Origin: Deltaproteobacteria bacterium
GTDB lineage: Bacteria > Desulfobacterota > Syntrophia > Syntrophales > UBA2210
DNA length: 60,685 nucleotides
Reading direction: 5' to 3'
NCBI GenBank assembly: GCA_019313695.1
Contig: JAFDAS010000004.1
Location: forward strand, 1 to 60,685
Shown here: positions 36,773 through 46,012 of the stretch, piece by piece
How positions within the stretch are numbered: the first letter of the stretch is position 1
Layout of the letters: each line of letters starts with the position of its first letter
Translations under genes and position numbers: made by a program
The notes under the pieces: generated by a model
Seen by the model: the letters and a program-made list of their open reading frames with translations, nothing else
Told to the model about the DNA's origin: nothing
Databases searched by the model: none

Positions 36773-37861
36773 ATGGGTACCAGAATCGTCGTCTGTCTGG
36801 ATGGAACAAGTCCCCGGTACATCTCGAAAAGCGATACGCCGACCCTTGACGCTATCGCCAGAGAGGGTTTCAACACCATAGGCAGGGCGGTTGTTCCTAC
36901 CGTGACAAACGTCAACAACACTTCCATCGTCACCGCCAGTTTCCCGGAAGAACATGGAATTACATCCAACTACTTTCTCGATCTGTCAACGGGCGAAGAA
37001 CGATACATGGAATCATCGGAATATCTTCTGACGGAAACCATCTTTGAACGAATCGGCAGAAGGGGCAAGAAATCAGCCCTGGTTACCGCAAAGGAAAAAC
37101 TGAAAACCCTGATCCACCGGGGGACAGAGATCGCAGAGTCCGCCGAGAAGCCCTCCCGATGGCTCGTGGATAGAATCGGCGCTCCCCCGGAATTTTATAC
37201 GATTGAAACCAACCACTGGCTGTTCCGGGCGGCACGGGAAATCCTTGTAGTTAAATCGCCGGATGTGCTGTATCTGACGACGACGGACTACGCGACGCAC
37301 GCCTATCCGCCGGAGGACGAACGGTCACAATGGAATTTTAATCAACTTGACCGGCTTCTCGGTGAAATCCTGAATATATCCTCCGATATAGAGATTGTTG
37401 TGACGGCCGACCACGGAATGAACGCGAAGTCCCGCGCGCTTGATCTTACCAGGATACTTAATGAAGCAGGAGTGCCGGGAACGGCGATTCCCATTATCAA
37501 GGACCGCCATGTAGTCCACCACCAAAACCTCGGAGGGGCGGCATACATATACCTGAATGACCCATCCGCCATGGACGACGCAACAACGCTGTTACTGGAA
37601 GAAAGGGGTGTCGAAAGTATCATGCCTAATTCTGAGGCCGCCCGGATTTACCGTCTCCATCCCGACCGTATCGGGCACCTCCTCGTCCTGGCGGACATCG
37701 ATACGGTATTCGGAACCATCTCTGCCGCCAGAGAAGAGATAACCATCCGCTCACACGGCTCTCTGCATGAACAGGAAATCCCCATTTATGGCCTCGGGAA
37801 AGGGCCCATGGCCCTACAACCGCAGTCAAATCCTGAGGTTGCAGCGTGGCTTGACAAGTAA
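36773..37861 (+). CDS. phnA: phosphonoacetate hydrolase-like enzyme (alkaline phosphatase/NPP superfamily)
   Basis: IVVCLDGTSPRYI...VVPTVTNVNNTSIVTASFPEEHGITSNYF resembles, from memory, the PhnA N-terminal metal/nucleophile block (CxDG...FTNPNN.SIVTG.P..HGI.GN). 362 aa is somewhat shorter than characterised PhnA. Confidence 0.6.
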   Translation: MGTRIVVCLDGTSPRYISKSDTPTLDAIAREGFNTIGRAVVPTVTNVNNTSIVTASFPEEHGITSNYFLDLSTGEERYMESSEYLLTETIFERIGRRGKKSALVTAKEKLKTLIHRGTEIAESAEKPSRWLVDRIGAPPEFYTIETNHWLFRAAREILVVKSPDVLYLTTTDYATHAYPPEDERSQWNFNQLDRLLGEILNISSDIEIVVTADHGMNAKSRALDLTRILNEAGVPGTAIPIIKDRHVVHHQNLGGAAYIYLNDPSAMDDATTLLLEERGVESIMPNSEAARIYRLHPDRIGHLLVLADIDTVFGTISAAREEITIRSHGSLHEQEIPIYGLGKGPMALQPQSNPEVAAWLDK

Positions 37862-37862
37862 C

Positions 37863-38756
37863 TCAGAAGTTCTCCGAAGCCCACTTATCGGTTTCTTCTA
37901 TCAAATTGCCGAGAGATTTTGAAATATACTTGTCACGGTGGTGAATAAGATAAAATTTTCTCTTCATGGAGGTATCAGAGAGGGGAACGGCCGTCAATCT
38001 GCCGTCTTCAATCTCTTCGTTGGCCACCCATCGGGTTACCAGGGCGAGACCCAACCCCTGTTCCACCGCCCGTTTAATGGCCTCGTTGTTGGACAGCTCC
38101 AGCGGGACGGAAACTGAGATATTGTTTTTTTTGATATACCTGTCGGTAATTCTTCGCGGGGCCGCCCCACTTTCGTGCATGATCAGGCACTGGTGTTCCA
38201 AATCGCGCGGATGGATCTCTTTCTTACCGGCAAATTCATGATCAGGGGGGACTATCAGGACGAGACTGTCTTCGAGTATTTCCCTCGCCGTTATTTTCTT
38301 GTGCTCTATGGCGTAGGAAATGAATCCTATGTCGTTGTTTAGCGTAGCCGTCTTTTCAACAACCAGTTCCGTGGGCAGTACATTTACCGATACCTGAATC
38401 TGGGGATTATTCTTCCTGAATTCCCTTATAATCGAAGGAAGATAATATGCCCCGAAGCTTTCACTTGCATGAATCCGGAGATGTCCCCTTTTCCTCTGCT
38501 GAAAATCGCGGACGACCTCTTCCGCCTGGCTCTCCATCCCGAAAATCTTGTCTGCTATATCGTATAGAGCCTCTCCGGCATCTGTCAGGACGAGCTTTTT
38601 ACCGAACCGGTTGAAAAACTTGATTTCATGGTATTCTTCGAACCGTTGAATCCCCTTGCTCACTGCGGGCTGTGTAATATACAATGCGTCCGCGGCGATA
38701 CTGAGGCTCCCGTATTTTACCGTGTAATAGAATATTTTTAACTGATTAAGGTTCAC
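37863..38756 (-). CDS. LysR-family transcriptional regulator
   Basis: N-terminal HTH LNQLKIFYYTVKYGSLSIAADALYITQPAVSKGIQRFE plus a LysR substrate domain. Confidence 0.9.
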   Translation of the reverse strand: MNLNQLKIFYYTVKYGSLSIAADALYITQPAVSKGIQRFEEYHEIKFFNRFGKKLVLTDAGEALYDIADKIFGMESQAEEVVRDFQQRKRGHLRIHASESFGAYYLPSIIREFRKNNPQIQVSVNVLPTELVVEKTATLNNDIGFISYAIEHKKITAREILEDSLVLIVPPDHEFAGKKEIHPRDLEHQCLIMHESGAAPRRITDRYIKKNNISVSVPLELSNNEAIKRAVEQGLGLALVTRWVANEEIEDGRLTAVPLSDTSMKRKFYLIHHRDKYISKSLGNLIEETDKWASENF

Positions 38757-38956
38757 TATAACTTCCGTTTATCAATTATATAAATTCAATTAGCTTGACT
38801 TATGCTAAACATATATTTAAAACTATTTCAACTCATTAGTTCTCTTTCAGCAATCTGTAAATCTGCTCAAACTGTCTGACACGGATTGCAGTGTAATTAG
38901 TCACCATAAAAAGCAGTAAGGTTCGAACGTATATTAATCTATGGAGATGCGAAACA

Positions 38957-39607
38957 ATGGAACTTGACATCTTTAAGCGAAAACCGGGAATAGAGACGCA
39001 GATTGACGAATTTCTAAACAGGATCAGTGAGGCGGGACTGATTTTCAAGGGCGCCATTGTCGATTATCTGAAGGGCGATCTGGAAACCTTCGAGCAAAAG
39101 AGAGACAGGCTCCATGAAACCGAACGTCAGGGCGATGTCCTTCGTCGGGAACTTGAGCTCATGCTCTACACGAAAACGCTCATTCCGGAATCGAGGGGCG
39201 ATGTGTTGGAACTCATCGAAAACATGGACACACTCCTGGATCATTACAAGGGAGCAATGTGGAGGATAGATATTGAGCAACCTCAGATCTGCGATGAATT
39301 TCATGAAGACTTCAAGGAACTGGTGGAATATGGTGTGGAGGCAGTGGAATCCACTGTCTGCGCGTGCAGGGCCTTTTTCAGGAATATCGATACGGCCTCG
39401 ACCCATATGGATAAGGTAATCTACTGGGAAAAGAAGTCCGACGTCGTTTCGACGCGCATCCAGCGGGCCATTTTCAGGCACGAAGACCTGCGATTGAGTC
39501 ACAAGCGACACCTTCGCGATTTCGTCAGATCCATGGAAAAGATAGCCGACGAGGCCGAAGACGTTATAGACCGGCTCAGTATCTATATCATCAAGCGCGC
39601 ATTATAG
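38957..39607 (+). CDS. DUF47 / PhoU-like (TIGR00153-type) phosphate-transport-associated protein, copy A
   Basis: 216 aa. Helical PhoU_div pattern ending ADEAEDVIDRLSIYIIKRAL. Immediately upstream of PiT. Confidence 0.8.
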   Translation: MELDIFKRKPGIETQIDEFLNRISEAGLIFKGAIVDYLKGDLETFEQKRDRLHETERQGDVLRRELELMLYTKTLIPESRGDVLELIENMDTLLDHYKGAMWRIDIEQPQICDEFHEDFKELVEYGVEAVESTVCACRAFFRNIDTASTHMDKVIYWEKKSDVVSTRIQRAIFRHEDLRLSHKRHLRDFVRSMEKIADEAEDVIDRLSIYIIKRAL

Positions 39608-39618
39608 GAGCAATAACA

Positions 39619-41097
39619 ATGTTTCTCTTTTTCCTCTCGAGTGGGCTGTTTCTTGGCTGGTCATTAGGGGCCAACGATGCCGCCAATGTTTTCGGAACCG
39701 CAGTCGGCTCGCGGATGATAACCTTTAAAAGGGCAGCTGTTCTCTGTAGCGTGTTTGTGATACTGGGAGCCGTAATAAGCGGTGCGGGTACTTCGGACAC
39801 CATTGGGAAACTGGGCACAGTGAATGCCCTGGCCGGGGCATTTATCGTCGCCCTGGCCGCGGCGATAAGCGTCTATATAATGACAGTCATAGGATATCCC
39901 GTATCGACCTCTCAGGGCATTATCGGGGCCATCATAGGCTGGAATCTTTTCACCGGCACCCTGATTGATTATACGTCCCTCACAAAGATTGTTTCCAGCT
40001 GGGTTGCCTGCCCGATTCTGGCGGCAATTTTTTCCATAATACTGTACAAGCTGGTCGTCATCTGCATTAAAACTTTCAATGTACGGATGTTCAAACTCGA
40101 CACCCTCACACGATACGGCCTGATAATCGCGGGCATATTCGGGGCTTATTCCCTCGGAGCAAACAATATCGCAAATGTCATGGGTGTATTTGTCCCCGTT
40201 TCACCATTCCGCGATATTTCTGTTATGGGGATCTTTTCGCTTACCTCCGCGCAACAGCTCTTCTTCATCGGAGGCATTGCCATAGCAATCGGGATTATCA
40301 CCTATTCAAAACGGGTTATGATGACAGTGGGAACGGGTATAATGAAAATTTCACCCGTTTCCGCGTTCGTGACGGTGTGGGCCCATTCTATTGTCCTCTT
40401 TCTTTTCGCCTCTCAGGGTCTGGAGCGTTTCCTGATAAGCCACGGCCTCCCCTCTATTCCTCTGGTCCCCGTTTCCAGCTCACAGGCCATCGTCGGTGCG
40501 GTTATCGGCATTGGCCTCCTCAAGGGGGGAAAAGGCATCAGATGGAAAACCGTGAGGGGAATCTCCGTAGGATGGGTGACGACGCCTCTCCTCGCCGCCC
40601 TGATAAGTTTCATTTCACTGTTCTTCTTCCAGAACGTGTTTCAGCAGCAGATATACAAACCGGTTGAGTATATAGTTTCCGCAGAGGCGATAGAAAGGAT
40701 TGAGAATAAGGGCATACCGGCAAATGAACTCAAGGGAATGCTTGGCAACAAGTTTCCCTCGGCCGTTCAATTTAACAATGCCCTGAAGGAATGTTCGTTC
40801 CTTCGGCATGATGATACAAACTTCATTATGGAATCAACAGAGCATTATAAGATGAAAATAACAGATACGGGTATCAGATCCCTGGATGCGGAGTGGTTCA
40901 CGGAAGAACAGATAAAGGTCCTGGAAAAACTCGAAGGGCAGGTTTTTATTCATAAGTGGATGATGGAAGAGGCCCTTGCCGGGATATCTCCATCATGGAG
41001 AATAAAAAAGGACGACAAACTATTCAACAGGAGACTGAAAGGCAAGATTGCCCATATCCATGACCTGTTCCATGCCAGTGAATTTTTCATGAGATAG
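39619..41097 (+). CDS. PiT-family inorganic phosphate transporter with a ~140-aa C-terminal soluble extension
   Basis: GANDAANVFGTAVGS and GANNIANVMG PHO4 repeats. The hydrophilic tail runs from about QQQIYKPVEY to the end. Confidence 0.85.
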   Translation: MFLFFLSSGLFLGWSLGANDAANVFGTAVGSRMITFKRAAVLCSVFVILGAVISGAGTSDTIGKLGTVNALAGAFIVALAAAISVYIMTVIGYPVSTSQGIIGAIIGWNLFTGTLIDYTSLTKIVSSWVACPILAAIFSIILYKLVVICIKTFNVRMFKLDTLTRYGLIIAGIFGAYSLGANNIANVMGVFVPVSPFRDISVMGIFSLTSAQQLFFIGGIAIAIGIITYSKRVMMTVGTGIMKISPVSAFVTVWAHSIVLFLFASQGLERFLISHGLPSIPLVPVSSSQAIVGAVIGIGLLKGGKGIRWKTVRGISVGWVTTPLLAALISFISLFFFQNVFQQQIYKPVEYIVSAEAIERIENKGIPANELKGMLGNKFPSAVQFNNALKECSFLRHDDTNFIMESTEHYKMKITDTGIRSLDAEWFTEEQIKVLEKLEGQVFIHKWMMEEALAGISPSWRIKKDDKLFNRRLKGKIAHIHDLFHASEFFMR

Positions 41098-41190
41098 TCT
41101 CTCCCGGTGCGTCGAAGGCCCGACGGATATGCGAGGCGGAAGGTTTTTTCATAATATTTAATCCCTCAACCCAGCGAGGAACAAAAAATC

Positions 41191-41841
41191 GTGAAATCCA
41201 GCATACTTAAAGATAGCGAGGAAACAGGGAAACAATTTGACGAGTTTCTTGACAATGTCAGTGGGGCGGGAGTGCTCTTTGGTGAGGCCACTGACGACTA
41301 TTTTGAAGGCGATCTCGAAGCCTTTGAAAAGAAACGGGACAAAATGAACGACCTTGAACATCGGGGGGACGCCCTGCGTCGAACCCTTGAGCATCTTTTA
41401 TATACTAAGACACTGGTTCCTGAGTCTCGCGGAGACGTAATGGAGCTTCTCGAAAATATGGACGCCCTGCTTGACCACTACAAGGCCGTTATATGGCGTT
41501 TCGACATAGAGCACCCGGATATTCCACCCGAATTTCACGATGACTTCAGGGAGCTGATTGTCTCCGGCGTAAACGCTGTTGAATCTACCGTCCTGTCCTG
41601 CAAGGCCTTTTTCCGGGAGATAGATGAGGCATGCAATCATATGCACAAGGTCATATTCTGGGAAACTGAGGGAGATATCGTGTCTACCAGGCTCCAGAAG
41701 CGCATCTTCAGAAACGAGAGCTTGAGATTGAGTCACAAGAGGCATATTCGCGACTTCGCGAAGTTCATCGAAAAGATAGGGGACGAGGCCGAAGACGTGA
41801 TAGACCGCCTCAGCATCTATATTATCAAGCGGGTGATGTAG
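41191..41841 (+). CDS. DUF47 / PhoU-like protein, copy B
   Basis: 216 aa and colinear with copy A, with well over half of positions identical by eye and the same C-terminus GDEAEDVIDRLSIYIIKRVM. GTG start with GAGGA 10 nt upstream. Confidence 0.8.
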   Translation: MKSSILKDSEETGKQFDEFLDNVSGAGVLFGEATDDYFEGDLEAFEKKRDKMNDLEHRGDALRRTLEHLLYTKTLVPESRGDVMELLENMDALLDHYKAVIWRFDIEHPDIPPEFHDDFRELIVSGVNAVESTVLSCKAFFREIDEACNHMHKVIFWETEGDIVSTRLQKRIFRNESLRLSHKRHIRDFAKFIEKIGDEAEDVIDRLSIYIIKRVM

Positions 41842-41847
41842 AACCTA

Positions 41848-42005
41848 AGTCAGCAAGAATAAATAACTCATACACCTTGCTTGTCCTTTTACTTGTTTTC
41901 GGTGTTGTGTCAAAGCTTACATAACTCGTTATGCCCGCTTCAACACGCCTTGAAAACAAACAAAATTACGGCGCAATCTGTATAACTTATTTATTCTTGA
42001 TTCCT
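41848..42005. repeat. ~158-bp imperfect palindrome between convergent genes (MITE-like or bidirectional terminator)
   Basis: Outer arms 41848-41874 / 41979-42005 match at 21/27 as an inverted repeat, with core CAAGAATAAATAA / TTATTTATTCTTG. Inner arms are TTGTTTTCGGTGTTG (41893-41907) / CAACAC..GAAAACAA (41941-41959). Confidence 0.6.
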
Positions 42006-42022
42006 AACGATCAAAATCGTGT

Positions 42023-43327
42023 TTATTTTGAAGACTCGACATATTCCACGATCTTTTCCGCCAGCGTATTTATCGTTTTCTCGAATTTGCCTTCATCTTT
42101 CTCCAGCAGTGTCAATCTGAAACCTGGCAGCGCGGTAAAGAATGATGTCAGTGGAACCACGCAGATTCCTGTGGACCCGAGGAGATAGTAAACGAAACGC
42201 TTGTCATTTTCTATATGGCCGCCCGTTATCTCTTCCACGTAGGTTTTTATGGGGGCATTTTTTATCTGTAACTTCTGCCTGTCGTTGAGCACCGCCTCAT
42301 TGAACACGATAGTCATGTAGAAAGCGCCATTTGTCCTGTTCACCACAATATAGGGGACATTCTTGAGGATATTGTATGCTATGTTGGAGAGCTTCTCGTA
42401 GTGTCTGATCCTGGTGTTCAGATATTTCTGATATTCAGGATGGGTCATAATCTTCGGGATGGCCATCTGCGGCAGTGTTGTGGAGCAGACCTCAGACGTC
42501 TTCTGCGTTAATATGGTATCTATGTATCTTGCGAAGGTCTCGTCTTTGTCCGCGTTGTATACCTCTATCCACCCGCACCGCGCCCCTGGCCAGGGGAACT
42601 CCTTTGATATGCCCTTCATGCTCATGCCGGGCACATCCCCGATTATATCTGAAAGGGGAACGGTTTTACAGCCGTTGAACAGAATGTTTTGATAGGTTTC
42701 ATCGAAGACGAGAAAGAGATCGTACTCTTTCGCGATTTTTACAATTTTTCTGAGGCTTTCTTCGGGATAGACGAATCCGGTCGGGTTGTCCGGGTTTATC
42801 ACAAGGGCGCCGACGATAGTATTGTGGCTTTTCACCTTTCGCTCGAGTTCCGCGATGTCCGGATGCCAGTTGCGGTAGGGGTTCATCCTGTAAGTGTTCG
42901 GCGGAAAGGAGGCATGATGAATCTCTGCGAGAAGATGTGTGGGATATGTCGGTTCCGGCATTATGATGCGGGCATCGACCCTTATGGAGCTGTATGATCT
43001 TGCGATTGCGTCTCCGAGGCCGTTGAAGAAGATGATATCATCTTTATTCATCTGATATTTTCCCCTCCTGTTTACCGCCTCCGCGAGAAATTCCCTGGTA
43101 TCTTCCATACCCTTGGTGGGTGAATAGGCGTAAGAAATATCATCCTTTATGATGTCGGTCAGGGTGTCCTTCATCCATTCAGGGATCTTTTCCCCCTTTA
43201 CTACGGGATCTCCGATGTTTTCCCAGGTGACATCAACATCGTACTCCTTCAACTTTTCCGCTATATTTACTATATTGCGTATCTCGTATGCTATTCCTGT
43301 CCCGCTCTTCGCGATATCAAATCTCAT
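42023..43327 (-). CDS. class I/II PLP aminotransferase (alanine/aspartate aminotransferase-like)
   Basis: 434 aa. Typical blocks VINPDNPTG, FDETYQ and MKGISKEFPWPGARCGW (PLP-Lys region). Confidence 0.85.
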   Translation of the reverse strand: MRFDIAKSGTGIAYEIRNIVNIAEKLKEYDVDVTWENIGDPVVKGEKIPEWMKDTLTDIIKDDISYAYSPTKGMEDTREFLAEAVNRRGKYQMNKDDIIFFNGLGDAIARSYSSIRVDARIIMPEPTYPTHLLAEIHHASFPPNTYRMNPYRNWHPDIAELERKVKSHNTIVGALVINPDNPTGFVYPEESLRKIVKIAKEYDLFLVFDETYQNILFNGCKTVPLSDIIGDVPGMSMKGISKEFPWPGARCGWIEVYNADKDETFARYIDTILTQKTSEVCSTTLPQMAIPKIMTHPEYQKYLNTRIRHYEKLSNIAYNILKNVPYIVVNRTNGAFYMTIVFNEAVLNDRQKLQIKNAPIKTYVEEITGGHIENDKRFVYYLLGSTGICVVPLTSFFTALPGFRLTLLEKDEGKFEKTINTLAEKIVEYVESSK

Positions 43328-43463
43328 GGAAGCCTCTTTCCCTGAAAGGTTTTGTCGTGTTGAATGGTCTATACCTGAACAGCTGCAAAAATTCTACAAA
43401 TAATTTACGCCTCCGGATTGCGGAGACATGCGTGCCGGGGAGAGTTGCAGGACAAGTTTTCCT

Positions 43464-43491
43464 TGACTTATATCTGTTTTGCTTTATAAAT
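43464..43491 (+). promoter_or_regulatory. putative sigma70 promoter of the AOR operon
   Basis: TTGACT-N16-TATAAA, about 110 nt upstream of ATG 43601. Confidence 0.5.
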
Positions 43492-43600
43492 TTTCCAAAT
43501 CAGGTAGTCTTGAAGAGGGATAAAAGCCGTGACCGGCAGCTGCCTGCCTTCGTTACCCTGTCTTGTGACGGGTTTACGATTTGTAAGGAGGAGATATGTG

Positions 43601-45556
43601 ATGGGCAAGGGATACATGGGCAAGATTTTGACGGTTGACCTGACTGCGGGGGATATAAAAGAGGAAATAATACCGGATGATGTATATGAGAAATACCTGT
43701 CCGGTATGGGACTTGCCGCTTATATCCTTTACAACAGGATACCCGCGGGCGCGGACCCGCTTGGTCCGGATAATATCCTGGGCTTTGTCTCCGGCCTTCT
43801 GACCGGCACAGGCAGCCTTTTTGCGGGTAGATGGATGGTCGTGGGTAAATCACCTCTGACCGGCGGCTGGGGTGACGCGAACTGCGGAGGCAATTTTTCG
43901 CCCGCCATAAAACGATGCGGGTATGACGGGATATTCTTCAAGGGTATAAGCAGCAAACCGGTATATCTCTACATCGAGAACGGGAAGGCCCGGCTTCGCG
44001 ACGCGTCTCATGTATGGGGCAGGGATACGGTAGAGGCCGAAAAGATGTTGCTGGAAGACGCGCCTGCCGGTGCCCGGGTCGCCCTTATAGGTCCCTCCGG
44101 TGAAAAGCTGTCGTTGATATCCGGTATATGCAATGACGGGGGGAGAATGGCTGCCAGATCGGGTCTTGGCGCTGTAATGGGGGCAAAGAGGTTGAAGGCG
44201 CTGGTTCTGGCAGGAGCGAAGAGAATCCCCGTCCATAACAGAGAGGGGATAAAAAAGCTGAGCCGGAAGTGCAATAAATGGGTTCAGTTCCAGCCGCCCT
44301 TCGTGCCTGGATCCATGATGCCGTATATTGGAGCATTTATGAGGGTAATGCCCACAGTGCTTGCCCAGGACGGTATATTGTACAAGATATTCCTCAGGAA
44401 ATGGGGCACGGGAAGTATGAACCAGATGTCCATTGAGATGGGGGATTCCCCGATAAAAAACTGGAAGGGAAACAATGAGGACTTTGGACCCAAAAAGTCT
44501 GTAACAACCAGACCGGATGTGTTCACGGACCGTGAGATGATAAAGTATCACTGTTATTCGTGTCCTCTGGGTTGCGGCGGGATCTGTTCGATGACGGGGA
44601 AGTACAGCGAAACCCACAAACCGGAATATGAAACCGTCCTTGCCCTGGGCGGACTGTGCATGAATGAGGACGTGGACAGTATTTTCCATCTCAATGAGAC
44701 CCTGAACAGGGCCGGCATGGACACCATATCGGCGGGGGGCACAGTAGCCTTTGCCATTGAGTGTTATGAGGAGGGGATACTTACAAAGAAAGACACGGAC
44801 GGTCTTGAACTCTCATGGGGGAACTCTGACGCGATAATTGCCCTGATAGACAAGATGGTAAGCAGAGAGGGTGTCGGGGATATTCTGGCAGATGGTTCCA
44901 GAATAGCCGCCCGGAAGCTGGGAAAGGAAGCGGAGCGGCTCACGATACATGCAGGGGGACAGGAGCTCGCGATGCATGATGGCAGGAATGATCCGGGTTT
45001 CGCGCTTCACTACAGTGTTGAGCCAACACCGGGCAGACATACAATAGGGTCCGGACTCTACTATGAGATGTTCCAGTTGTGGAAAAAGGTTAAAGGGTTG
45101 CCGAAAGTGGGGCTGCTTTATTTCAAGGGAAGCAAATACGTGGTGGATGAAGAGAAGGCCGTCAGGGGCGCGGCGTGCAGCAAATTCATGAATGTGTTGA
45201 ACGGCGCCGGGCTTTGTATGTTCGGCTCTTTTCTGGGGACGAAGAAGATACCGACTTTTGAATGGTTGACCGAGGCAACGGGTTGGAACAAGACACCGGA
45301 AGAGTATATGGAGATCGGCGAGCGCATACAGACACTGAGGCAGGCATTCAATGTAAAGCATGGCATAGAACCGAAGGATTTCAAATTAAGCGGCCGTGCC
45401 GTCGGAATGCCTCCCCTGTCTGGTGGCGCGAATAAGGGCAGGACAGTGGATATAGATAAAATGATGGAAAGTTACTGGGGACAGTTCGGCTGGGATACCC
45501 GGACGGGAAAGCCCGGTTCGGAATGTATGGCCAGGCTCGATATAGAAGCGCAATAA
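43601..45556 (+). CDS. aldehyde:ferredoxin oxidoreductase (tungsten/molybdopterin AOR family)
   Basis: GKILTVDLT...PLGPDNILGF..GLLTGT...GKSPLTGGWGDANCGG and an internal CYSCPLGCG cluster motif. AGGAGGA RBS 9 nt upstream. Confidence 0.9.
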   Translation: MGKGYMGKILTVDLTAGDIKEEIIPDDVYEKYLSGMGLAAYILYNRIPAGADPLGPDNILGFVSGLLTGTGSLFAGRWMVVGKSPLTGGWGDANCGGNFSPAIKRCGYDGIFFKGISSKPVYLYIENGKARLRDASHVWGRDTVEAEKMLLEDAPAGARVALIGPSGEKLSLISGICNDGGRMAARSGLGAVMGAKRLKALVLAGAKRIPVHNREGIKKLSRKCNKWVQFQPPFVPGSMMPYIGAFMRVMPTVLAQDGILYKIFLRKWGTGSMNQMSIEMGDSPIKNWKGNNEDFGPKKSVTTRPDVFTDREMIKYHCYSCPLGCGGICSMTGKYSETHKPEYETVLALGGLCMNEDVDSIFHLNETLNRAGMDTISAGGTVAFAIECYEEGILTKKDTDGLELSWGNSDAIIALIDKMVSREGVGDILADGSRIAARKLGKEAERLTIHAGGQELAMHDGRNDPGFALHYSVEPTPGRHTIGSGLYYEMFQLWKKVKGLPKVGLLYFKGSKYVVDEEKAVRGAACSKFMNVLNGAGLCMFGSFLGTKKIPTFEWLTEATGWNKTPEEYMEIGERIQTLRQAFNVKHGIEPKDFKLSGRAVGMPPLSGGANKGRTVDIDKMMESYWGQFGWDTRTGKPGSECMARLDIEAQ

Positions 45557-45577
45557 CCCGGGACATGGAGGGAAGAA

Positions 45578-46012
45578 ATGGCGTACAAAATAACTGATGC
45601 ATGCAACGGATGCGGCGCGTGTAAGAAAGTATGTCCCGTGGATGCTATTCATGGAGAGAAAGAGGAACTCCACGTGATAGAGGACGCGCTTTGCCTGGAA
45701 TGTGGGGCGTGTGGCAGGATATGCCCCAGAGAGGCAGTGCAGGATGGATTTGGAATCGTATGTGAAATGATAAAACGCTCCGGGTGGGAGAAACCTGTTT
45801 TTGACAGGAAAAAATGTATGTCGTGCATGATATGTATGGATGCGTGTCCCGTGGGATGCCTTTCCCTTTCTGAAGCCGTATCCGGAGATCCGCACGGATA
45901 CCCATACCTGGAGAACGAGAAATCCTGTATAGGATGTGGCTTTTGCGCATATGAGTGTCCCGTGGACGCTGTTACCATGGACTACGATCGGAGGGGGGAA
46001 GAACATGGATGA
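45578..46012 (+). CDS. polyferredoxin (four CxxCxxCxxxCP-type [4Fe-4S] motifs)
   Basis: CNGCGACKKVCP, CLECGACGRICP, CMSCMICMDACP and CIGCGFCAYECP. Confidence 0.9.
   Translation: MAYKITDACNGCGACKKVCPVDAIHGEKEELHVIEDALCLECGACGRICPREAVQDGFGIVCEMIKRSGWEKPVFDRKKCMSCMICMDACPVGCLSLSEAVSGDPHGYPYLENEKSCIGCGFCAYECPVDAVTMDYDRRGEEHG

Noticed and set aside
43850-44689. 279-aa minus-strand ORF (and 45386..46066, 226 aa)
   Set aside because: Both are antisense to the AOR, polyferredoxin and hypothetical genes. The composition is Arg/Pro-rich and they are not supported.
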